A DNA stretch of 58,993 nt from Ionaspis alba (Eukaryota), in the NCBI GenBank assembly GCA_964255285.1, contig CAXUUL010000028.1, forward strand, positions 1 to 58,993, in the 5' to 3' direction. The notes beneath the pieces are model-generated. The model did no database searches and was not told the origin of the DNA. It was given only the letters and a program-made list of their open reading frames with translations. Each line of letters begins with the position of its first letter. Within the stretch, counting starts at the first letter, position 1. Positions 1-15,392 of the stretch are shown one piece after another. The translations under genes were made by a program, and so were the position numbers.

Positions 1-329
1 CCTTCCCCCCAACCCCCCTTACAGCCTCCCTAGAAATAGGCGAGACTCACGACGACGCGAGCTGCGAGACAAAACGCGGACGACAGCGAGGAAAAGATAT
101 TTCTTTTCAAAAGACGGATCACAGCCTCAATTAAAAGCTTTCCATGTAGACTAGATAGGTACCTATAGTTAGTACAGTTATATGAGAAGAAAAGGCATAC
201 TATTGTGATTTCGCGATAAAGCTTCCAAAGCTTCCAAAACGTCGATGAAATATATATAAATCGTGAAATAGTTGAAGTATTATATCCTATTTGGGACTAG
301 TTTTGACTCTGACTCTTGACTCTCCCTAC
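1..329. mobile_element. Probable end of a TIR DNA transposon or MITE (hAT-like terminus), left copy
   Basis: 284-329 (atcctatttgggactagttttgactctgactcttgactctccctac) is the exact reverse complement of 58948-58993. Read outward it starts TAGGG and carries three AGAGTC units. Part of the flank (about 130-300) is AT/TpA-rich and has no convincing ORF. Confidence 0.55.
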
Positions 330-650
330 GCGGATTGGGGCTGCTCCATAGCGCGGGGAAGATCAGGCATACTGCACTATATGGCTGGACCACGAAATGG
401 TGTCTGCCGCCACGGTATACCATCACCGCAGGCTTTACAGTCTTAGACGAAGAAAATGAAGATATTGACATCTTCGTAATACTGCGGAACGGCACAAATT
501 ATTTGACCTACATCCTGGAGCACTATCCGATCTATCAGGCACTGGACTGCTTCGCCAGCAAACTCTCGAGGATGCTCGACTCAAACAAGTTCAATAACTA
601 CTACACTTCCGGCCAACCATAGTCGATAGAGTCTCGATTGAAGAATCCGG

Positions 651-2547
651 ATGGCGGCTATACTGGCCACCAACCCTCGAGCTCGTGCTTCCTACATCGC
701 CTTATCTGTTATTGCACGATCTTTCTCTAGCAGCACAGCCCGCGACTCGTCTTCACGCTTCCACCGCTCCGACTTCGCGAACCAGCCGTTCGTCGGCAGC
801 TATGAACCAGGTCAGCCTACAACCGGTCCTTTAGGAGATGCTCCCATCTTAGGAGCTCCACGGCTCACCCCCAGGGTTCTGAAGCAACATCTAGACCAAT
901 TCGTGGTGGGACAGGAGCGAGCAAAGAAGGTGCTGAGTGTGGCAGTCTACAATCACTATCAAAGGATACAGGAATTGCAGAGGCGGGAAGAAGAGGAGGA
1001 ACAACTATTGCAGCAGCGTCTACGGAGAGACAGGGGAGAGCCACATCCTGTGGAAGGTCTGTCACCTGTCATCAATACTGTTGGGGAGTGCTTATTTGTA
1101 GCAGATGAATTTCCTGGTCACCAAGAAACTATACCACTACAACCTCCACAAGACTCCCTCGGTGCTCCGCCAATATACGACTCGTCCCCTCTCACCCTGG
1201 AGAAGACCAACATCCTACTGCTGGGCCCTTCAGGAGTTGGGAAAACACTCATGGCCAAAACATTGGCAAGAGTTCTAGCCGTTCCGTTCAGCATGTCCGA
1301 CTGTACACCATTCACGCAAGCCGGATACATTGGAGAGGATGCTCAAGTCTGCGTCGAGCGTCTGCTCGCGGCTGCCAACTACGATGTTGTAGCCGCGGAA
1401 CACGGGATCATATGTCTGGACGAAGTAGACAAGATTGCAGCGGCAAAGTCGGCTCATGGAAAGGATGTTGGGGGAGAAGGCGTGCAACAAGCACTGCTGA
1501 AGATTATTGAGGGAACGACTTTGCATATCCAAGCCAAGCAAGAAAAGGCTGCCCCTTCAAGATCTGCCAATAACGCCGACCTTGGTGGGTCCACCGGAAG
1601 TCCGATCTATGGCGGGAAATATTCCTCTTCTTCTCCAACTTCTGCTTCTGGCTCAGGCGGTACGACAGGGTCATCGAAAGGTGAGACCTACAGCATACGC
1701 ACAGACAACATACTCTTTATCTTCACGGGAGCCTTCATTGGACTGAACAAGATGATTCTAAACCGTGTCTCCAAAGGCTCGATCGGTTTCGGCTCCCCAA
1801 TCCGTGCATCCTCCACTCTCTCTTCCGAGAATCCTGACATGACATTATCGGTCAAGCCCGGCTCCGAAGAGAGTAAGCTTTTCGAGAAGCATCTACCATT
1901 CTTCACCCCATCATCGCCGGACCAAGTCGCCCAGTACAATCCCTTGGATCTTGTAGAGCCGACCGATCTACAAACCTACGGCATGATACCCGAGCTTGTG
2001 GGTCGGATCCCCGTCACCACTGCTTTATCGGCTCTTGATGAGGAGGCTCTTGTCCGGGTGCTCACCGAGCCTCGCAACAGTTTGATCCGGCAGTATGAGC
2101 AGCTCTTTCTCCTCAGTGGAGTAGAGCTGCGCTTTACTAGTGGCGCTCTTAGAGAAGTCGCAAGAAGTAGTCTGGGTATGGGTACAGGGGCTCGAGGCTT
2201 GAGAACTTGCGTGGAGCGGCTCTTAGGCGAAGCTATGTTCGAAGCACCTGGTCAGTAAGGCGAGCGTGTTTTTTGATGGTGCATTGCTGATTTACCGTCC
2301 TTCTGTAGGCTCCAGTATCAAGCACATCCTCATAACCGAAGATGTTGCGAAGAGAAAGCAGGCGCCGATTTACATGGCCAGGGGACAGCAACATCGGTTT
2401 TATGCTATGTTTGCCGCAGAGGAAGAGGAGTGGGAGGCGAAGATGCGCCAGGGCGATGGAAGGGATGGCTCGCAAGAGGTAGGTTCTGATACTGCCGGCA
2501 GTTTTGAGGAATATAGGGAAAAGAGTAAAGCTGCCGGAGTCATGTGA
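651..2547 (+). CDS. clpX: Mitochondrial ClpX AAA+ unfoldase (Mcx1/ClpX)
   Basis: Walker A GPSGVGKT, pore loop GYIG, Walker B ICLDEVDK, DVGGEGVQQALLK, IGF loop (SIGFG), PELVGRIP, GARGLR. Arg/Ser-rich presequence. Introns ~1057-1104 (in-frame) and 2251-2308. Confidence 0.93.
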
Positions 2548-3014
2548 ATAAGCAATCGAGCAGAGGCCGAGGCCTAAGTTCATTGGGAGGGTTCGAGATC
2601 GGGATAACGATTTTGGTTTTGGACATATATAACGATATGGTATTTCCCATAAGACACGGTTATGTCGGTCTATGTACAGCATGAGCAGCATTTCGGCATA
2701 TAACATTACTGAAGAGCATTCAATGTCTACGTAGCATAGATTTTGATAGGTTGTCAAGTGACATATGCCCTGTTCTCAGTGGCCTGTAACTTGCTCGAGT
2801 CACATCAAATTGCCCAGAACTAACGTAAGATGCACAATTTTTCTATTGTCTGTACAAGGTATCTGGGAACCCACTTACCCCACCTCCATCCACTTTCGCT
2901 GTAGGACAATGGCATCCCAACAAAACACATTACGCAGCGCGCGGTTTGTATAATCCACGATCGGTGGGCGTAAGAAACGACTAGAATACAGGTCCAGCAA
3001 ACCATCTACAGGAC

Positions 3015-3801
3015 TCAGTCCCGTTTCGGACCGCTTTGCACTTGTCCCCTGCCCGTGTAGCCTTCCGAAGATATACCGCTGATAGGTTCCGTGTTTTGGG
3101 CCTGTCATAGAGTAATGAGTTAGCTCTATCTGCCTCTAAGAAATCTTATGGATAGAAAGAAAAGGACTGCTGCCGTACCTTGAGGTATTCGTTCGACATT
3201 TCCTGGTATTCTTTGTTCATTGTGCCTGGTGCTGGCCGTGCTTGTGATCGGATGAGGAAAAAAAGGACGAATGAGACGCCAACTCCGATCATGGTGTATG
3301 TGAAGACTTTCATGTTCTCGCCTGGCTCTGGTAGAGCTCGCGGTCCGTGGGGGCCGAAAGCAATCCAGTACGCTGTTGAGGAGAGCGTCAGTCATGCATG
3401 CATGATTCTTACTGTATGTCCTGAACAAGAAGGAACTGGACAGTATGCAATATTGCGTGTTTGAATAAAGCTCTGACGTCAAAGATGCTCCAATGTCGTC
3501 AAACAGTATACATACCAGCCTTTCTTTCCTGCATTGTCAGCTCATGCCAATCCACCTTCATCCGGTCTCTCAGTGCCATCCACAAATCAGCCTGTTCTTG
3601 TGGAGGCATATTCTCCCATCTCTTCTCAATGCCAGCCAAAGTGGGATTTGATATGGCATGAGCGCTCGCTGCGCGTTTTTGCTGTCTTTGGAGACTATAT
3701 AGGCATGTTGAAGCAGGTGTGACGAATCTTGGATTGGAACGAACGGCCCGAGGAAGGAATGAGATGGAGCTTGGGGGAGCTCGAGGAAGAGATCTTAACA
3801 T
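3015..3801 (-). CDS. COX5: Cytochrome c oxidase subunit V (COX4/COX5 family)
   Basis: Spliced: exons 3801-3516, 3372-3179, 3101-3015. AISNPTLAGIEKRWENMP..MKVDWHELTMQERKAAYWIAFGPHGPRA..TMNKEYQEMSNEYLK..EPISGISSEGY. Confidence 0.93.
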
Positions 3802-4109
3802 TGTGTAAGAACTCATATGGCTTCGGGTTGGGATGGAGAGTCGGTCGGCTGAGCTCCGTAAGAGACGGAGCAATTGATTGCCAGCAGTGTAGCATTCAAT
3901 TGAGTTCTACTATTCGTCGCAACCAAGTTGAATTGATCATGTCGGTACATGGGAATTTGAGAGGTCGGCAGCTCTGACTAGCCTCAGCGGGACTAGTGTT
4001 TTCTCCCCCCAAACTTCGAACGAACCTCCATCCTACTCCTTCCGATCAAGCTCCATTCTTCTAATCCCTCTCCACTCTCATCTAATATCGCTCTTTGACA
4101 TCAATCATA

Positions 4110-6104
<1,995 letters not shown>

Positions 6105-6485
6105 AGGGTGCCTGATGCAGTATTTACAATGTTACTATTAGAGAGTGCTCTCAAGGTGATCGGAGCAGTGAGTGTTCCGTCGTAGCAGTGTACAAAAACC
6201 ACCCTTCTTATTTGGCTTCTGTATCTACTCAACCTCAAGACCGACGTCAAAAGTCCATGCCATTTGAGAAGAAATTGTATATTTTGGAGAATAGTGAATG
6301 TTGATGCATATCCCGAAGCTAACGGATGTGACTGTAGCTGCAAGCCGGAAAATTTTCCAAATGACATCCGCTGCTTGGTCGTACTGACCTGCGCCCTCGG
6401 ATCCAGAAATCGCATATCTTGCAATTATGAAGTAATATGATAATAAGGTTGATCCCAGCATCGGCTGATCGACGCACTGGTCGGG

Positions 6486-9400
6486 CTACTTGACCATTTC
6501 TTTTGGTCGGGCATTCTCCTTGCCCTCCAAAGTGATCGCTTTCTGAGTCCCTCTCTCTTTCTCTCTGTTCACTACTCTCGCATCCTCATCCGTCTCCCAC
6601 TGCCCGATGCGATGAACGTTGATGAACTCATCGGTTGTCAGGGCCAATATCTGCAAAGCCTCTCAGTCAGCACCAATACCATCCACTGCCCTCAGAAAAG
6701 AGCAGCCGGTGATACTCACATATCGCCAATTTTCAGCCCATCTCGTCCTTGCTTGCACACCCTCTTCATCCTCGCCATGCACGATGTGCAGTTTCCGATA
6801 GAACTCCAGCTTTGTTCTCGTCCACCCTGCAAACCACTGTGCCAGCAACTCGTCGTTAGCAGCGAGGCCGTTGCTATCGATTTTCTTGGCGCCCAGCCCA
6901 ATATTTATATCATAGTCGTCGATGTCTCTTGCTGAAACAAGCGGCGCGTTCTCCTTCGGGGTTTTGAAGCTATCGGTCTCGTCCGTGAGGTGATGAGGCA
7001 GGAGATAGTAGAGCTGCTCATAGATCTCAACGTAGACCTTGCCGTCCTCTACGGGACGATCTTCAACAATGCTGAGGATCCAATCGACTAGGTGGGGCCG
7101 CGAGCCTAGTTTCCAGGTGCCGTTTGGTTTAGTGTGAAGGATATTCAGGCGGAACCATTTCAGAATCCGGACGGTCTGGTGGGGGTGATTCAGGAAGAGT
7201 GAGTCGGTGAAAAGAATTGCCCCGCCATGGGGAAAGAGCCGGGTAAGAGATTGAGAGTCTGGGAGAGGACGTAGGTTGATGGTAAAAATATTGATAGGCT
7301 TTTTAAGAATGCGGGAGAGATGCGGAATGAGGTGGAGGTAGATAAATGAGTCGTGGATCTGCGTAGTCATGTCAGGGTGATCTCATATTGAGGGTGGATA
7401 GTACGGCTCGGGGACTTACCAGAACAACGCCGGCGTCCACGGCATTCGCGAAGTAGTCCCATGCACCTGTTTTGGCGGCACTGAAAACGGTAGCATTATT
7501 CGCATGAAGAAACTTGACAATGATATCACATTCCTCCTGTAGTCCTGGCGGATACATAAGGAAGAAAGTCTGAGGATGTTCATTCTTCTTCTTAGCTGGC
7601 GGGAGCAATTTGGCATACTCCACACCAAAATACTGCCGAAACAAAGCATTTGGGCCAGTCTCTCCATTCATGATTGGGGCCTTTGATTCGGCCGATGTAT
7701 TCATAAGAGTGTAGGTCAAGAGCTCGGGTATAGGGTAACGCATGACAAATCTCAATGAAGCTTTTGGTGAATGGGGAGGGAAAATGTGGTCGATGAATTT
7801 CCATGATTCATTCCCTGCAGGGTAGACCAGCAGAGTGAATTCTTGGGCAAAGAAGATGCCGCCAGAGTCATGCAGGTTTAAGATATCCGTCATGACCTTG
7901 ATTGGAACCTCCGTCTGGGGCCATGGCACAACATGGCCTGCTCCATAGTAAATTGGTCCATTCTATCACGCCTACTTGTAAGTGAACTTTGATCGGCAAA
8001 GAGGCAGGTGCGATATTTTACATACTTCGTGGAAATAAGCTCGATAATCATGGGCAGAGCAGGTGTGCTTACACCATACGTGCATCTGTCTTGGGAGAAC
8101 CCGGATAGTCAAGAACAGTTGTTTCATTTCTTTTTGTAGTCCCCGAAATCGCACGTCTCCCAACTCTCTGTGGTCTAAGCCAGTGATTATAGTACCAAGG
8201 ACATCCGAGTAATCGTCTATCTGATACTTGTCGAATCGCTTGTCCTGCTGGCCATTCCGAACCTTTGGGGCCAACCCTTCATCACCTTCCAATTGGCGAA
8301 GGGCCGAGCCTCTTAGTCTGGGACGTTGGCGGGAAGAGAGCAATTCGTTATTAGCAGCAGAGGGATTAGTTTGCGCTTGTCTTGACAAGTCATCTTCATT
8401 TTGTGGACCAGACAAATCTTCTCGCTTACCGGAAGACGGAGCGGGAGATCTTCTGGCATAGGCAGAAGATATTTGAGCAGGCACCGTAGGGAGAGACGAA
8501 GATCCCGAAAATGATGCCTCTGCCCTTGCTGAAGCGAAACCCCTGGGGCCTTTAGGCGCATTTTCTGGAGGTACTGCTTCGCTCTGGTGTTGCACGATTT
8601 GCACTTGGGGATGATTATCGAGTCTCGCTGTTTCAAATGAACTCGGGCTTTCTACCTGATTGTCTAAGGCCATTGGAACGTCACCATCGCTGGCTATTGC
8701 ATCATCATCATTCATAGGTACCACGGTTTCTTCAGATGATCGTGTATCGACGACATCTGTGGAGTTAGCGTTGTTCAGGCCCTCTTCGATCAGTTGAAAC
8801 GGTGTCTTGAGTGGTATATTTGGCTTTGGAATATCCATTAACGATTTCGAAATTGCCCTTCCATCCTTGAGGTCGATAAATGTAAGCTGGTCCGGATTCG
8901 GTGTGCGCTCATTTCTCCCAGCTTTTTCAAACCTCCTCTTGATCGAAAGCTTATTGAATGTCTGACGTGCAGTGTCGGCCGTAGAAGAGGCGTTTGTCCC
9001 CATATGGGACCTTTTTCGCGGCTTCGGAGTAGCCGCCCAGTTTCCAAGAACTGCCACGGGTGGTTTACTGCTTGAAGGTGCTGATTTGCGACCAATCTTA
9101 GCTACCCCTCGCCCTCTTCTCGCACTGCCATTGAATCTTGTTTTGGCTTCGTTTGCGCCGCTTGCGCCGCTTGACGCCGCTTCCTGCGCTGATCTGGATT
9201 TCGGGGCGCCATGGGAGGTCGAGCTCGTCCTTACCGCACTCTGAGGAGTAGATGGAGAAGTAAGCTTGTCTTTGGATTTTGATGACCCCGCTTTGGAGTC
9301 ACGCTTAGGAGCTTCGTGCGCTGTCTTCCCGCTTACTTGTTCCTTGCGAAATGTTCGCTGGGTCTTGGCGTGCAGGTCTTCCTTGGGTGTCACAAAGTCG

Positions 9401-10089
9401 GATGAGATTTGAGGCTCGTCAGCCTTGTCCGATGCCGCGCGCAAACATTTAGGGGTTTGCGAGGGCGTCTCCTTCAAATTGTTCCCAGTGGAGTATTTGA
9501 GTGTTACGATCCGACTGGGAGGAGCAGCGTCGTCACTACCGGAGCTTTCAACATGGGTTTTCTTCTTTCGCCTCTTGATCCTCTTATTTTGAGAGGCCCT
9601 CACTCGCTCTCCTGGTGAGCTATCGGAGGAAGAATAATGGTCCTCATACTGTTCGCTGGAAGGATTGTCGTTGAAATTGATTTGGCTTTGCCAGTCCTCG
9701 GGAGCCTGAATTGCTGTGCCGAGCCCCAGACGCACGCGTAGTGCACGACGACGTGATTTTCGCATCCTTGCTTCTTCCTCCCACTTTGCTATCTTTGCTT
9801 CTATCGCCTTAACATCGACCGGTACCTCAAGACCCTTTTCAACGCAGGCTTTCTGCTTCTCCCATGCTGGTAAAGTTTCGTCGTTGAAGAAGTTCTTCTC
9901 GGGTTCCCAGGAACACCGCTCTTCCGGATATCCCTCCCATTTCACAAAGTACTGCTTCACACCATCAATGGTCCTCTCCCCTAGAATCCGCTCTAGAGGA
10001 TATTCATCTTTGGGCTCACTAGGAGCGGTCGAGTTAACGGACAACGAATCGCACTCGCTAGATTCCGAGGACTCAGTGAATGCCATCAT
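6486..10089 (-). CDS. Large N-terminal chromodomain protein, Chp1-like
   Basis: Chromodomain EYPLERILGERTIDGVKQYFVKWEGYPEERCSWEPEKNF, long basic/disordered middle, folded C-terminal region over further exons (ORFs 7372-7929, 6663-7370). Last exon ends ..KEMVK* at 6486. Confidence 0.75.
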
Positions 10090-11357
10090 TGCGAAGCAAT
10101 CGCCTGATACCAAAAGCATCGACCATAGAAGGCCAAATTGAGAGGCACCCTTTTATACACGGTTTATAGACAGATCGAAGTCTCTATAACTTTAGAGGAT
10201 TAGACGAAAAGTCTTAGCGAACCCTCGAAATCACTTTATCGCTCGTTCGCATCGATATAGTCGTTTGAAGTCAGTATATAGCCTTACAGTCCTGGTTCCC
10301 AGCCTGGTCGAGAACCGCGTTCCTACGTCGTCGTAGTAGTTTTAATACTTTTTTAGGATCGAATCGAGACGGTACTCTAGGAGATCAGTTCGAGCGACAA
10401 ATCTCCTTCCGCAAGCAATAGATTGCTGCACCTATCCACCCAAAGTATGCAATTATCCATGCGGTTGCTTGTATAAGCCGTGATCCAGACGCAAAGAGCA
10501 GTTCGTTTGAACTGGAGTTGCCAGAAGAGGTTCTCCTCAAAACACTGTCTTGACAGCGATCGAAACGGTCATGATTTCCAGCCCACACGAATCGGAATAC
10601 CAGTGGCCATGAAATAGATTCCATTAAGAGGTACTTCGTGAGTTTGTAAGACCACAGGAGAAGTCCATATCAAGTGGTCGTGCTACCCCTATGCATACAG
10701 TCCAAGTCCTTCACGTTCGGGAAGGGTATCAGAGAAAAGGGGGAAAGTATGAGGCTGGGCAAAGAAGCATCTGAGAACTCAGCAAAGCTTCTAGCAGCAC
10801 TAGATGGTCCTCATATTTGTGTGAAATTCTTGTGTCTGAGAACGAGCAGTGTATAGGGATGGCACGAAAAGGATGGCGGAGGAACACAACGGTTGACTGT
10901 TAGAGCGGCCGAGCAACAATGTATGAAGTGATTATTCCACCTCCGAGTTCATACCCATGAGGCATAACACGTACTCAACGCTTCTCGAAATGTCATGAAA
11001 ACGATAGGCTTCACCGTGTTGTGATATGTAAGCCTGCCCAGCGCGTCTCGACTACAAACACCAAAGGTAAAGCGCCGGGAGCGTTTCCCCTAGCGCGAGC
11101 CTGCATTTGCTATCCTTGTCATCTTTGAGCCTAACAAAACGATACACCTGCCTAACACCCAACCTGCCACATCCGTCGAAACAGCAACATACTAGATCTT
11201 GATAGGGCAACACTGTGGAGGGATTTATAATTCAGAACTCTAGATCTGGCAACCAAAGCGCCGACCTACCCCAGGCCTCCTTCGCGCGTATCCAGACACA
11301 CCTTCCTCGCTAACCTCTGAGCGTATATTTCGATTACTACACGATTCGCACACAAGT

Positions 11358-12235
<878 letters not shown>

Positions 12236-12975
12236 GCGCAATTTGGAGGGAGGCGGACAGATTGTTTTGCAGCCTATTCACCTATGTCTTTGTCGGGCGC
12301 TCCTTGAATCGATAGTGTCTTGCATGCTTACAGCTAAAGGGCGTTGGCGTTTGTTTCTTCAAGAAATTCTAATCAGGAACCGGTCTACATCATTTTCAGA
12401 GGTCTCATATCGCTCTTCGTGACTAGGACAGTTTATCCGAACAGTTCCTGCAACTGCTTGGGCTTTTGTCTGCGCCACAGCAATTATTAGGCTGGACCTC
12501 GTGGTTTGAGGCAGTCTCCGGATCCTGTTCAAAGTGCTCTTGCTTTGACCGCAACTGTCCAGGCAATGCTATCTAATGTGAGGATAATGCTAAGTATTCT
12601 TCGAAGACTCGATGTAGCAATATAGGTAGTTTGGACAGGTGTAATGTGGAGGTCACTATAGCACCCGACTAGGTCCTCGGACTAGAACGAATATTTCAAG
12701 CACCCTTTATGCACGTCTCTCCAATTAAGTCCAAATTCTATCAGATCCCTCACATGACTGCTTCGGAACAGATCACATATCGTAGTACAATAGCGCCTTT
12801 CTCTCAGTGCAATATTCAGGGCAAATTTTCCCATCGCCGGAAATATTAATGACGTCTCGATATTTACACTAATTGTAACTCTCACTCACTACAAACGTAG
12901 GGCATCCAAGAGTCTCTGGCAGTTATCTTCTCCTTTATATACATAATACAACTGGCTTAGATCTTCTCAATCATC

Positions 12976-13563
12976 ATGGCCTCGACCGTCTCCGCCTCCG
13001 GCTCATTCGACAACCTGTACGCTCATCTCCTCACACTCCCACCACCATTACTCCCACCAGGCAAGGCTACCGACCCCAAATTGGCCGACAAAATATCATC
13101 CCTTTACCTCCATCCGACTCTTGAGGCAGCTTTTCACATCCTCAATGCTGACCTCCCGTCTGCCCACTTCCTCGTCCGCCATATGCAAGCAGCTCCCGCC
13201 TACGAAGGGATGTATCTCCACGGCATCCTTCACCGCATAGAGGGCGACTACGACAATGCTAGAGCATGGTACAAGAATGTTGCGTCTAGTGATATTTTCA
13301 ACAGCTCTTGGAGTAGCCAAGAGGATGGTCTGGGTTTTATAGATAAGGTCGAGACGCTTAATGAGAGGAAGGAGGGAGATAAAGAAGCATTAGGGCAGGA
13401 AAGTGTAGAAGAGATCAAGAGGGCGATTGCATTTTGTGCGAAGAAGTTTGGGAAGGAAAAGATTGCGGATGCGAGCGTGGCATGGAAGCAGCCGGAGGGT
13501 GGGGAGTCGAAGCAGCTTGCGGAGGATATGGTCTCTGGTGGGAAGGGACACCGCAAATTTTAG
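12976..13563 (+). CDS. Hypothetical protein with a TPR-like helical motif
   Basis: Single 195-aa ATG ORF with motif LHGILHRIEGDYDNARAWY. Confidence 0.7.
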   Translation: MASTVSASGSFDNLYAHLLTLPPPLLPPGKATDPKLADKISSLYLHPTLEAAFHILNADLPSAHFLVRHMQAAPAYEGMYLHGILHRIEGDYDNARAWYKNVASSDIFNSSWSSQEDGLGFIDKVETLNERKEGDKEALGQESVEEIKRAIAFCAKKFGKEKIADASVAWKQPEGGESKQLAEDMVSGGKGHRKF

Positions 13564-14024
13564 ATACTGTTCTGCTAGCGTCTAGAATCGTATTTCATCG
13601 CTCAAGTCTGGACTGTTGTTGCTCGGTTCATCAGAGAGTTTGCAGATCTTACTGTCAAGCGTTCAGAAATACTGTGTCTGAAATTGCCGTTTCTGACAAT
13701 GCACGATCGGTTAGTCAAGGTTTTCAGTTCACCATTGCTGGATAAAGTGAGTACTAGGCCAGTGCATACCCTGAGTCTCCAACAAGCCTCTTGAAGGAGC
13801 ATTAGACTTAGTCAATTGTTAGCAGAAATAAACGATGGCTTGGACTCGGTGGTCTCCTTAACCTAGTCCTTTTCACAATATAAACTGCTATTGATGTGGC
13901 GTACCTTAGTGCCCGTCGCGCCACGAAGCTTAAAACGGAGCCGCATGTTATTTTCTTCTAGTAGTTACCTAACCTAATATTAATTGCAAAACGTTTGACG
14001 TTGAAAAGCCTTGTTCACGTATTC

Positions 14025-15068
14025 ATGGCTTCCGTGTACAAGTCATTGTCAAAGTCTAATGGCGATAAGAAGACTACTACCAATGGGATAGAAAAGCACA
14101 GGCAGAGAGTCCTCATATTAAGCAGTCGCGGGGTCACTTACAGGCAAACTAAACCATCGTTCCAAATGTGTGAGGTACTGACAATATCAGGCATCGGCAT
14201 CTTCTCAACGACCTTTACTCTCTTCTTCCACACAGCCGAAAAGATGCAAAGCTCGACACCAAGACCAAGCTCTATCAGCTCAACGAAGTATCCGAGCTCT
14301 ACAACTGCAACAATGTGCTGTTCTTCGAAGCACGCAAAGGCAAAGACCTTTACATATGGATGAGCAAAGCACCCAATGGCCCAACCGTGAAAATGCATCT
14401 GCAAAACCGTGCGGCTTCGTTTCTCTATCGCGCAGTTCTACATGCTAATCTCACTCTCTCGAATAGTCCACACCATGTCCGAACTCCATTTCCCTGGCAA
14501 CTGCCTCAAAGGTTCACGTCCTATCCTCTCATTTGACGCCACTTTCTCTACGCAACCGCATCTCCTTGTCATCAAAGAACTCCTCACCCACATCTTCGGA
14601 GTCCCACCAACTTCGCGGAAAACAAAACCTTTCATAGACCATGTCATGGGCTTCACACTTGCCGATAATAAGATTTGGATTCGGTGCTTTCAGATCACTG
14701 AGACGGAAGTGTCGAAAGCGGATCCGCTTACGAACGGAGAGGTAGAAAAGACAGCCGGCAAGGGAAAGTTTAAAGGGAGGGGGGAAACTAGAATTTCGTT
14801 GACGGAGATTGGGCCACGACTTGTGCTAACCCCAATCGTGATTCTAGAGGGGAGCTTTGGTGGGCCGGTCATATACGAGAACAAGGAGTTCGTAAGTCCC
14901 AACCAGGTAAGGTCGGAGTTGCGGAGAGGCAAAGCCGGGAGGTATGCGAGGAGGAGTGAGGCTGGCGTCGAAAGTAAGGTCAAGAGGAAAGAATTGGGGT
15001 TGCGAAGTGGGGAAGGTAGAAGGAAACGGGAGGGCGACGAGCTGGATGTTAGGACATTGTTTGCTTAG
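14025..15068 (+). CDS. BRX1: Ribosome biogenesis protein Brx1 (Brix domain)
   Basis: QRVLILSSRGVTYR|HRHLLNDL..FFEARKGKDLYIW..NGPT, LHFPGNCLKGSRPILSFD, EIGPRLVLTP, GSFGGPVIYENKEFVSPN. Two introns. Confidence 0.95.
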
Positions 15069-15392
15069 ACGACGGTTCGAGGACCCTGAGCTCTGCGCGT
15101 GGTATGGGTTTCTGATGCGTTTGGTTCTGATCCGCTTGATGATACCACGTTTGTACATCGTTGATGAGGAGCGCTCATTAATGCAGCCGGAAGGTATAGC
15201 TTGAACAAGAAGCAGATCCAGTCGCTTCTCTGACTCGCCCACTCCAACGCCACTTGATTGCATCTATAAATATTTGATTGAAGACAACCCAAGTGAAGGT
15301 TTTCAGAACTGGAAAATTCATCGAAACGGAAAATATAGCTCATAGGAAGGCTCAGCATTCTCCACTAGGATTCCCTCCTCCACTTTTTCTCA

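Noticed and set aside
335..622. 95-aa ORF upstream of clpX
   Set aside because: TTG start, no recognisable domain, and it overlaps the clpX promoter/UTR. A truncated gene fragment cannot be excluded but is unsupported.
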